Positions 10,346 through 21,825 of a DNA stretch of 64,000 bases are shown piece by piece (position 1 is the stretch's first letter; each line of letters begins with the position of its first letter). The notes under the pieces were generated by a model. That model ran no database searches. It was given only the letters and a program-made list of their open reading frames with translations, and was not told the origin of the DNA. The translations under genes were made by a program, and so were the position numbers. The stretch comes from Massalongia carnosa (lineage: Eukaryota). The DNA is taken from NCBI GenBank assembly GCA_965645245.1, contig OZ287084.1, positions 1,240,001 through 1,304,000 of the forward strand, written 5' to 3'.

Positions 10346-13279
10346 TTAGAGAAGACTCTCATACGCATCGAGACCTTTCTTCTGAGTCTGTGGCTGGCTG
10401 GCGCCTACGGGCCCGGGCATGGGATTTCCGCCTCGACTCACGCTCCCCAGGCCTCCACCGTAAACTATATGCGAATTTGACCGTGAAGGTTGCATAGGGG
10501 GTGGAGCAATAGAAAAGCTAGGAAACATGCTTTGCGATGTTGGTGGAGGAGGGATAGAGAAGCTGGGTTGAAAAGGGTATTGTTGCTGTGGTGGCGGCGG
10601 CATAGCTCCTGTTGGCGTTACGTTAAATGACCATGATGATAGCGATGGTGTAGTTAGAGGTTGGGGAGTAAGATTGCTAAAGCTACTCAGTGTTGTGTTT
10701 GTACTGTTCATGGGACGGTTGGTGTTCGATGTCAACGTAGCAAAGCTATTGAGAGTGTGGTCCGGGGTAATGGCTCGAGGATTTTGTTTTGGCGCGGGAG
10801 TCAGAGCGGGGGTGGACCATGAGAAAACCGAAGCTTCCGCTTGTGTCGATTTCGCTCGTTGAGGCTGAGGCCTAAGGGTTTCGCCAAGCATGTTGTCTCC
10901 TTTTCCAGCCGATTTACCCAGGACAAGGCGTTCAAAGTCGTTCTCTTCAACAGCACCCGCTCCGTTGAGATTAGTAATCCCACTCCCATCGCTGACACTT
11001 AGGAAATCGGTGGATCTTGAACCCGCCAAGGCGCCGTTGGAGTTCGAAGACAACTCCCTCAGCTTCCGGGTTTGCTCTTGCTCAATTCTCAACGATAAGC
11101 TCTTGGTGAGCGTCATGTACTCCTGAAATTGCTCCAGATTTAGCAACGGTCCAAGGCTAAAACTCCAAAGCAGCGGAAGAACATCCATGGCCAGGAACTC
11201 TGCGTCCGCAATTTTGCCAACTTGCCTAAAGACCCTAAGGCAAGCCATCATGACTGCTGGCTCTTTAGTTTTGATCGCTTTCAATAACGGCACAACCTTT
11301 TCTTGCACAGTGTATTTGTCTAAGATAGAGCTTTGGCTGGGCTTCATGCCGGTAGAGCCACTAGCATCTCCATTAAGCCCATCACTGAGCTCGTTGCCAT
11401 CGCTTGCAGAACCCCCGCAGAAGATAACGAACGCCTCCAGTCCTCGGATTTTGATGCCCAAACTATTCGTTTTGCTGAATACAGCTGCAACTACTGGGAA
11501 AAGCTCATTTTTAATAGTGGAGAAATCGAGTATACCCAAAATCGTTGGAAGACAGCCCAAAGCCTTGTCGACAATGGAATGAGTCGTGGACTCTATGCCC
11601 AGTTGCAATATTGGTAAAATATCTTCATGTTTTTAGCTTTAATAACGACATGACAAGGAAACGTACCTTCTTTGAACTCTTTGCCAGAACAGTTTTCGCC
11701 AATAAGCCCCATATTCTCTATTACTACAACAATCCCTGCTTCTTTTGCAGCATCTCGGTCTGTTGAATTGGATTTCCCTCCTGTGGCCAGGAAAACGTCA
11801 CGTAAATGTGGAATGACTTTTTCTGTGAATGCCCGTTGGCCAGAGGGTAGGATTTTGATAATTTGAAAAACATTCTGAAATATCAAAGACAAGAGTTCTC
11901 GATCTTTCATCTCCTCAAGCAGGGCAGGAAGGACTTTTTTCTCAAGAACAGATTTCGGGAACTGGGCTAAGATTCTGGGGAGCCCACGCATAAACTGTGT
12001 TTTTTCATTCGGGGTCTTCGCCGGAAGGGAATCCAAGAATCGAATTGAAGAGACTAAGATGTTATCAAAAAACGGCGACTGTTGGAAGTCACGGGCGTTC
12101 ATTCGCTGGCCTGGCCTTCTTGTAAGAAGTTGTGGGAGAACATCCGATATGAGTTCTTTCGGGAGTGGTCTGGAGCAGAGAAAGTTATTGCTTGATGAAG
12201 GAGTAGTTGATGAAGAAGTCATTAATTTCTTATAGTTAGCAAGGTTAGAGTTAGTGTTAAGCGGAGACGTATGTGGCGAATTGTAAAGAGCCAGTATCAA
12301 AAGGCCTAAGGAGAACAGATCTGTAGATGTAGAGACGTTGCTATCGAGCGCAAAATCAGGCGAAGTATAATCGAGATTGAGTTGCAGCGAGCGCGGTAGA
12401 CGAGGGTCGTGATACAGCGCCTCCGATAGAGAAATAGGGGTTAGAGTGGTTTGGACGTTGGAGGTATCCGGTGGACCCGAAAAGGAAAATCCAGCTATTT
12501 TCCAGTCCGACTTATAACGAGAAAGCGTTAGCATTCACGTCTAAGATTAAATAAAAAAAACTAGATGAAATTAATATGGTTGAAGCGAGATCGCAAAATC
12601 CACAAAGGGCAGGAGCTATCATGATTTGCTGTCAAGCTGCCTTACGACTGAATAGCAATGAACAAAATAGGCCTACTTTGACATTGACATATATCGCTTC
12701 TGGTGTCAAGTTTCCATGAATCAAGCTTGCGGATTCGTGCAGAAATTGAAGGCCCTGAGCAATTTGTAGTAGTCCTTTTTGTATTTCCAGTTCGTCGATT
12801 TCAAGCTCTCTTCTTCTTCGTTGCCCATCCGCCTCCTCAACGACATAGCGACTTGGCCTTCCTGAAACCCCTCCAGCCCTCTCCTGATCATCCTTCTCTT
12901 GTAAAAGTCCAGCTAGAGATGCAGTAACTGCTTCTGTTGCAAACATCAGGCCTCCATTGCGGGTATCCTCAATAGGTTCTGCAAGCTCCAGGATGCTGGG
13001 ATGTCGAAGCCTGGCCAGGAGATTTGACTCTTTCTTTACCCTTAAGATTACCTCATCATGCAATCTTTTCAAAGATGCGCCACCTGAACGTCCACCAAGT
13101 CCTCCAGATTGGGGATCCAACGACTTTCGGTCAAACACAAAAACCGAGACCGCTTTGCCCGTGGTCTTCTTCTTACCATCGTAGACTTTCCAAGCACCTG
13201 ATACTGAGGTTGGTGTTGTGGAGATTGTATAATTAGCTGATATGTTTGAGGTGAACGACTTCAATGCTGAGGTGAACAT
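10346..13279 (-). CDS. SCY1: SCY1-like protein pseudokinase with HEAT-repeat region
   Basis: Three exons (ORFs 12632-13279, 11593-12534, 10346-11608). Motifs LARLRHPSIL, LQFLHESASLIHGNLTPEAIYVN, DWKIAGF, LDYTSPD and KTKEPAVMM; Pro/Ser-rich tail ending GLDAYESLL. Confidence 0.92.
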
Positions 13280-13728
13280 GGCCGCAATTGGGGCATCAAG
13301 GAGTGTAGGGGAACTCTCATGAGCCCTGCCTGGCTCTTGTCGTCCTATTAGCGGCTCGAGTAGAATTAGGATTCTAAATCCGAGAGCTTTCCCGACAAAT
13401 CAAGAGTTTGAATGGAATGAAGCATCATCTTCCATCAACATTGCAGAAATGAGAGAGGTAGCTGACGTGTTGCTGCTTCAGATATTCAACAATATTCAAC
13501 AACTTTCTCGCGTTTTAAGGCAGAATCTTATCTTATCTAGATTAATTAACTACCCGAGCTTCGGGACCTAGTTAAAGAATATTGAAGATGCATAACTAAC
13601 GAGCCTTGAAAGCCTCTGCTTTAACATCACATCTCAGGGAAAGCTTTTATTTGAGTAATGCTATTATGAGAGTATTCTAAATAACTCAATGTTGTTGGAT
13701 CCTTAAGGGCAGATGTTTGACAGCCACA

Positions 13729-15087
13729 ATGGCCCGCCAAAGCATCTTCAAAACGGCCCAGTCTTGCCTACTCTACTCAAGAGCAGAGCTTCCTCCAAAG
13801 CAAAAGCAAGGGTTAAGACTTTACAATGTACAATCCAATGAAGCTGCGATCGCCAAACTACCGGGCATCAACCTTGGAGCACTATCAGTTACTAGAACAA
13901 CAACTCCTAAGAATCTGCTCCCCCCCGAAGAACTCGTATTTGGGAGAAACTTTACAGGTATACTTGGACATCTTTAAAATTAAACACTGAACTGAGGCGT
14001 CACTCCCCAGACCATATGCTATCGATAGAATGGACCGCCTTGGACGGATGGCTCCCACCCCGAATAACTCCTTATCAAAACCTCAGTCTTGACCCCGCTA
14101 CCTGCGTCTTCCATTACGCGTTTGAATGCTTCGAGGGCATGAAAGCCTATAAGAACAAAGATAATCAAATAAGCTTGTTTAGGCCAGATAAAAACATGGC
14201 TCGCCTGAATAAGTCCGCCGCACGCATTGCTCTCCCCACCTTCGAACCAAATTCCTTCCTCCAACTAATCTCTAAGTTCGTCTCAATGGAAGAACGCTTC
14301 ATCCCTACGTGAGATCATTCCCAACCCCTTTTTCCTCCAAACCCTCATTAATTCCCCCGCTTCCAGCGCCCGCGGCTACTCCCTCTACCTCCGTCCAACT
14401 TTAATCGGCACACAACGCACTCTCGGCGTTGGGCCCCCTGGCTCCGCCCTCCTCTACCTTATCGCCTCCCCTGTGGGTCCCTACTACCCAACTGGCTTCC
14501 GCGCCATCTCCCTTGAAGCGACCGACTATGCTGTGCGTGCTTGGCCTGGTGGCGTTGGCGACAAGAAACTTGGCGCTAATTACGCCCCTTGCATTGTGCC
14601 GCAGCTCGAGGCCGCCAAGCGCGGCTTTCACCAGAACCTGTGGCTATTTGGTGAGGAGCAGTTTGTCACCGAGGTCGGAACGATGAATTTCTTTGCCGCA
14701 GTGCGGGCCAAAGAGAGCGCGGGTGGCAAGAAACAGCTCTTAACTGCGCCGCTCGACGGGACTATTTTAGAGGGCGTTACGAGAACGACGATTCTGGAGC
14801 TAGCGAGGGAGAGACTAGTGCCTGAGGGGTGGGATGTAGTGGAGCGCAAATTCACGATGGGAGAGCTGGCCGAGGCCGAGGCCGAGGGGCGACTGATGGA
14901 GGCGTTCGGGGCCGGCACCGCCGCGGTGGTGAGCCCCGTGCGGAAAATCAGTTGGAAAGGTAAACTTGTGGATTGTGGACTGAAAGAGGCCGGGCAGGAG
15001 GCTGGGGAAGTGGCGAGTCGGATGAAGAACTGGATTGAAGGGATCCAGTACGGGGACGAGGAGCATGAGTGGTGTCATCGAGTCTAA
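13729..15087 (+). CDS. BAT1: Branched-chain amino acid aminotransferase, probably mitochondrial
   Basis: Three exons. Motifs [47 protein letters not shown]-binding lysine in [23 protein letters not shown] and [11 protein letters not shown]. Start codon is uncertain. Confidence 0.93.
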
Positions 15088-16010
15088 AAATGCTCAGGTC
15101 GAGAGATGATGCATGAACGCATATAGATGATATCAAGCGCATATAGAAGAAAAAAAACCCCTACTTACATACTTTTATGTTAAAAAAGCCGGGGAAAGCT
15201 GATGTACGCATATCATATCCACATCCCACGAAATAAGCAACAGCATCTATCTGCATGCCATCCTTTTTATTTCTCTGAAAACCATCAATCAGAGCGACAT
15301 TCGACCTCCTCCCCTCTCCCATCACCTCCTCCCAGTGAGGGACCCTCATCTTTTCGAAGGCCTCTACGACCTAGTATTTAGATAGATCCATCCTTTCACA
15401 TACACATATATATACACCTAGATGTTTGTGTAGGTAAGTATGTAAATGCTCGGGTAGATTAGGGGGTTGGTTTGATCGGCCACTTTTTGTTCCATGGAAT
15501 CTACTCTACTCTACCTCGACGACGACGACGATATATATAGGATGGATGACCGGGTTTCCCGAGGGGTAGGTAGAAATTTGGTCAGTGGGTGGGGATATGG
15601 AGTTCTGTAGATAGGTATTGTGCTTATCGCTGTTGGGGGTGCTACGGGTTAAAGTATGCACCCTTCTGGGGTTCTCTTTCTCTCTCTCTACCCAACTGGA
15701 CCGTGTTCTTTTTCAAGTTATTTATATTGGGCAGAATTATCCATGTGGTGATTGTATTTCTATTTGTATGTTTTTTTTTGGAAAATAAAAACGATGAAAA
15801 CTACACGAATAAAAAAGTATCAAATAAATTGGCCCTGGTTAGCCATGCGATGAATATAAATTTTCAAAGTTTGTCTGAGCGAAATGCTCCAGCTCTCAAG
15901 GCCATTCCTCCTTCCATTCCTTCGGGAACCCTAGAGCGGATTTGAGCTTCAGTTAGTAATTCGAAAACCCGGACAAGGGCGGCAAAAGTACTAAAATGGT
16001 AGAAGAAAGC

Positions 16011-16881
16011 AAGCCCCAGCCAGTTCTGTCTGGGTGTCTGCCATCCTGTTTCTTGCCCAAAGGACCCCCGATCATCCTTATTTCAATAAGACTCTTTCTA
16101 TAGAACGAGCTGTTCTACAAACCTCTTTCTACCCATGCCCGCGCCTGCGTTTGGGTGAGAGTCTCCAATCTCCGTTTTTTTGTGCAACATTCCCATTAGC
16201 CTGATTTCTTACATTCGAATCAGCACTCACTGCAGCTAAGACCAACAGCAGTTTCTGTCTGGGTGTCGGCCACCCTCTTCGTAGTTGTGATAGAACGATC
16301 TCCTGTATCTGGGATCATATCTTTGCCCTGGGAATGGTACGGAGGACAGATAGCAGAAGCCAATTCGATGGTGTTGCCAACCTTCGCCATAGGGATTCAA
16401 ACAGTATGGTATTCCCAAAAATACAGTTTTTCTGAGAGACCTACAGGCAGAGAAAGGCAATAACAGGTATTATTTGGTTGTCTTCATCTTTTCCTTTTGC
16501 CTCTGTGAAAGGCCATCGTCTATCAGTTGAATATAACCCTTGCAAGTCAAGCTGATTTTGGATCTTCGTCCACTAAGCCCAGCAGTTGTTTCTGTCTGGG
16601 TGTCCGTTTGCCACCTGCTTGCCTATAAAAGACACCATCGGTCTCCTCATTTTCACTGATGCTCCGCGCAGATTATACGGACTTGATCTGCAACTACCCC
16701 CAAGGCCAGCGGGAGTTTCTGTCTGGGTGTCCTCCATCCTCTTAGCTTCGCATCATGGCGCTGTCCATCTAGTCCTGCCATAATAGCTTACATGACACCA
16801 TGCAAAATGGCGGCACCAGAGGTTTGTTACCAGGCACGCAAAGCCAGCGATCTTTTCTGTCTGGGTGTCCCCCACCCTCTT
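16011..16881. repeat. Array of ~40-bp direct repeats (core TTCTGTCTGGGTGTC) separated by unique spacers
   Basis: Exact 15-mer at 16024-16038, 16253-16267, 16590-16604, 16717-16731 and 16855-16869. Semi-conserved flanks AAG-N-CCAGC upstream and CCAYCCTCTT downstream. Confidence 0.9.
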
Positions 16882-17059
16882 ATCTCGGCTTATATTTGAA
16901 AGGGTGGATCGAATTAATTACGGTCCCTCCGTCATCCACGGTTCGTTCAATTTGGACTTTTATTGGGGGACCAGAACTATTTGTGATGATATCTGCCAGC
17001 TATGGTCTACGAAGACTTATGATTGAATAATACCGATCAATCGTCCGCTCATAGCCCTA

Positions 17060-18340
17060 TAGTTTCAAAAGGCTTTTAAACTCTTTGAATCAGAACAGTT
17101 TTTCTTCGCAATTCTTGACAAGCTGCTTAACCGCCAGGTCGGATGTTACATCGTCTGTTCCGTCGGCTATCTTAGTCCAGAGATCTCACAATAGATGCCT
17201 ATATAATATATTAGTTCAATGGCAAGAACTCATTTGATTAACACCGTCTCTCACCTCCTCAAGCTCTTCATGTAGCCATTACTTCTAAGCAGAAGCATTT
17301 TGCATCTTGCACGCATGTGCCTTAGCCAAAGCAATAAAATCACTTTGCTTTAAATCGGTCTCGACCTTCTTCAACTTTGCCATCTCGCATACTGATTGCT
17401 CTATCCAAGCATATGGACTCTCTAGCAGGGCTCCGCTTTTGATAAGCCTATATCTCACTGCAGGATAGTCCATAGAGATTTTTTCAGAGGGCCCCGTTTG
17501 CAAGCAGCGCTTGAGTGCCGCCGATAAAGCTAGTTCAATCGATCTCGTTACACCAATTGTTATAATTAGACGCTTATGGTTGACATTAGCCATGATATAT
17601 TCCATCCTCATGCCTTCTTCGTTGATAATATTTTCTACGGGAACCTTCACCTCTTCCAGCTCAATGAAGGTTCTGCCAGTAGTACTTTGCCCAGATGTTT
17701 CCCAGAAGCGCCAATCGACGATAATCAGGCGACAATCAGGTAGCGGAACGACTAAAAGAGACAGACAACTAGAACAAGAGGCGCGGACCACCATCGTTAG
17801 ATAGGCAGGATAGATTCTATTTGTGATCCAGCAATGTTAGCTGGAAAAAAAAAATGTCGCTTTGAATATATCTAAGCGCCATTTTTTCGAGCCATTGACG
17901 ATGCAGTGCTTTACTGCCGGGGTTATGGTAGCCGTAATTTGAATATTTGCAACGTTAGATCCAGCATTCAGTTCTGTGATAGCTATGCAGATCTTCTTCC
18001 TTCCGTCAATGGTTCAGGCCAGGGCCATTCTTTCAATCGCTTGCTACTGAGTTCATGTAAGGGAGGAAGGCCGAAACAAATCCCCATTAACAGCGAGGCA
18101 GAAGGATATGCCTTTCTAGCCGCACCATCTATTCATGAAGACATCAGCTAGTCACATCCTGAACGGTGTATACAGTACTCCGAAAGATCGAACCTTATGC
18201 ACATAGTTCCTATTCACCACTTTTACCATCTCATGCATTCTTAGAATTTTCAGCTACGTCGCTGGCAATGGTGTAGATAAGCTGAGGATAGGTATGGTAA
18301 GATCTATGAATTGGCTCTGGCACCATAGGGGAGAAGCGGG
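17060..18340 (-). pseudogene. Degenerate acyl-CoA dehydrogenase pseudogene
   Basis: Recognisable but decayed ACAD segments in broken frames: KKICIAITELNAGSNVANI (~17940-18000), IVNGSKKW (~17880-17905), TFIELEEVKVPVENIINEEG...NHKRL...AVRYRL (ORF 17285-17794) and DDVTSDLAVKQLVKN (~17110-17155). Boundaries are approximate. Confidence 0.8.
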
Positions 18341-21300
18341 GAAGGCGCGACGCTTGATAGTTAACACCAAAACTCGCTTGACAGGCGATTTTCACTAAAA
18401 AAATTTCCAATATGTTGCTTTGGAACCTTTTCTTAAATAACCATGCTTCAGTATAAAATATCATGAGTTTAAAATCGAATATAAAACAAGCTGCACTTAT
18501 GAAATCACAAGTTTGAAAAGCTTATTAAATAATCTGATGTTGTTTATCAGACTGCAAACATTGTAAAGTTTGGTGTTCGGTGACCAAGTAAGATGCTGCG
18601 GGAATAAATTAGGCCGTAAAGGCGAACCTAAGTATGTACTATGGCTTTCGAAGGGGATTATGATAAATTAATTGAAGCAAGAGGTTCGAGCGCTGCCGGT
18701 TGGTGAAATTTGCTAAGTTTTAAACCGATTTTCATAGTTCTTTCATGATGATGATGATGTATTCATACTTTCATATGTCACTGGCTGTAGGCTGGCTCAT
18801 GCGGGTAAAGCTATCTAAGTTATGTTATATGGAAAACCTTTTTCAGATGTAAATCATGTCCCTTGATACCTGTCCGATGTGACATCGGGTCGACGCCGAA
18901 CGAAAGAAGCAGAGCAAAAAGCGTGTGAGGACTGTGACGCCTTGTGAGATGAGAAGAAAAAGAAAAGTGAAACTACTGTTGATTGTACAACAGTGTGGAT
19001 GCCAGTGAGAATTGAATCAGTAGATCTGTTTTCATTAGTCAAGCAGTTAATATCATTAGACTTTTTGATGTTTCGATCAGTTGTTGATAGTTGTTCGTGC
19101 CAGCGATGCGAAACATCTGTTCTCTATTGTCGATAAGTCTACAGAACATAATTACGTGTTCTGAAGTTTTTCTGTGTCAGTCACATGAGCAGGCCGATGA
19201 GATGACGGCGGGGACCCGCCGCTGATAGGGGAAGTCAGCTAAACCGATCTTACCGATGGACCTTTTCTCCATTTTTTACCAGCGTGTGTATTTTTTGTCG
19301 TTTTTTGCTCAAATGGACTGATTGAGCTATGAAGGGTTCGATGAGGCAATTTTTTATATGCGCGCCACGAGTCGTTCTAGACTCTCAGTTGTCGTGCTTT
19401 AATTGTCTGCTCACAGTTCTTTTATCACTTGAGGATAGAATGTTCTTTTCTTGCCATGTTTTATCACTGTGAATCTTAATAGCCTGGCCAACTCAGATAC
19501 TTCTATGATCTAGAATAACAAGACCCGGTCAATGGTCTCGAAGAGCGCCATCAACCCAGGTTGTCAGCAGCAGAACTAATAACCCCATTATTAAGACCTC
19601 ATAAATGAGCTCCACAAAACTATGGTCAAGAATAATCTAGATCTATCAGTAGCGGCGAAATATAACTGTTGAAGGGGACCATGAAACGATGTCAGCGCTG
19701 TACTTCTTTGGCCAAATCATTCCCATGACCTCGTAAAGCAGAAAAAGCATCAATGATTCAAGCCCTCCTGCCAAACAGACTTTACTTCTTGACAATAGCC
19801 TAGCATGCTGTCACCTCGCCACTGAACCCAGTTCCCCGGGCGTCTCGCTCTAATCAATTTTCCCGTTGACGCGGTGCAGGTAGAAATATAAACCAACGAA
19901 GGGCCTTTCCTTCCCTAAGTATATGATTGATGCCACGGCAAAGAGCGCACCAAGGTTTGAGGTTTAAGAATTGTCGTATGACAAATCCAGAGAGAGTATT
20001 ATTTTGATCTCTGGACTGCCCATAATAAAACCAAGGTACATCGAGTTGCTACCTACTCTTCACGTACGTCGAGGCTCCATTGCTGCCGTCTTCCCCCGAT
20101 ATAATAGCTGTAAGTAGCATGGACTTTATATGTATCATTGCTGACGAGCTGACGAGTATAGCGAAGCCCAGGTAAATGGTAATAGGCCTCCAGAAGCTAG
20201 CCGTCCAAATGTGCGGATTTCTGCCCGTCTCGCCAAGTCTTATCCATGTCATCAAGTCGCGGTCACTTGCTGTAACAGTGATCTTTGGTCGACATGATAT
20301 TTGTAGAACAACACCCCAGCTTTCAATCGTTCAAGGTTGCATTTACCATGTCAACTAAAAAGACCACGCAGGTAACAGGAGTACTAATCATGGTGGCGAC
20401 TTTTCTTTTTCGACAGGAATAAAAAGCAGAGATATATCCGTTAAGATGCCCTTGTTGGATTGGGTGGAAAGAAGTGTAGCTGTAAGAACCCTAGGCAAAC
20501 TCCGCTAACTAGCAGGCAGGAAATCGCCGAGTGTTGCAAACCCCAAAGATGTTTTCTTCAATAAAGTTTTTGTTAAGCTAACATTCTATCACTAACAGCC
20601 ATGTAGTCTAGCTGTAATACCGACGCAAACGTAAACGCACACCATGTCAGGTCGTATACGCACACCACGCCGGTTCGAACCCCCGATGGGGCATTGACAT
20701 TTACTGACATACTAATTTGTAGGAGAGATGTACATTGGAGGAAACAGTTCGAACCCTCCCCTTAAGGAATGAAAATTAAGGGAAAAAGAACTGTTTCTTC
20801 CTTTGGAACTCTTTTGCCATTTTAGAGTAAATAAAATATAGAGAAAAATAGAAACTTGACAATTTAACGTTATTTCTCATGTATGTGGAAATTGGACATC
20901 TTTTCTTTGTTTATTTTTTCGCAGTCTCTTTATTCCCTTCATCTGTCCTTGCTCTTCCCTTTCTCGTTATATACTCGTCTTTCATCTCTCATCTATTCCC
21001 CTCCCCTGCCTTCTCTACTCATCTTCTCCTCTTCTTCCCCTAGACGTTGTGAGGATTGGATAACAACACTGTATTTTATATCTGCCAAGGCATGGAGCCG
21101 GTCAATCATAGTATAGTCAATGTAATGAAGCCTCCCCTGATAGATGTACAGAGTATAGAATAGCGCTTACTTATCTGTATTCATGTACAGAGGTAAGCTA
21201 AGATGAATAAATTAGATCACATCCTTCACACTGTACCACACTCAGTCCTCTTAGTTGTTGGATATCGTAGCAGATAACTTTGCGCGCCACAATATACAGA

Positions 21301-21825
21301 GCCTTCTTGCGGCATCGTAAAATAGATAACGCAAATAGATAACGCGGGCGGTGCAGCATATCAGCCTTTCATAGGATAGGAAACACCAGTTGTTGAAAGG
21401 TGACGTACCTGTGAACCTTTCGCCGCATACATCATGCATACTCGTATGATGACCCAGGTTAGAACCCTTGTTCGGGACGGACCTAATTTTTGGGAGTCGA
21501 TCTTACGTCATCGCCCAATCCAACCTAACTTAGGCATTCAATTAGGGGTCCCGACAACTCCTCGAGAGGAACAAGCGAGAAGTGGCGTCCCACCAGACCC
21601 AATCCAGGCTTCGCTCACAAGACCAAGCACAAACTGCAAGTTTACATACTTTCGCCTTTTCCCCTCTCCTCGTTTCCACTCCTAGAATAGAAGACTTCCA
21701 GACGACGACCAATGTCTCCACTTTGTTTGGAGGGCTGTAAGAGTGACTGCACGGCTGTTCGCAAGTGAGGAACTTTGGTACCGCAACTCCATGATTGTTA
21801 CTGTCTCTACTCATAGAAAGTCTCA

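Noticed and set aside
16011..16881. Calling the array a true CRISPR locus
   Set aside because: Eukaryotic context, no cas genes in the window, and spacers are long and variable; kept as an unexplained repeat array.
20660..20760. tRNA or SINE suggested by two GTTCGAACCC T-loop-like words
   Set aside because: No acceptor stem, D-arm or anticodon arm could be built around either.
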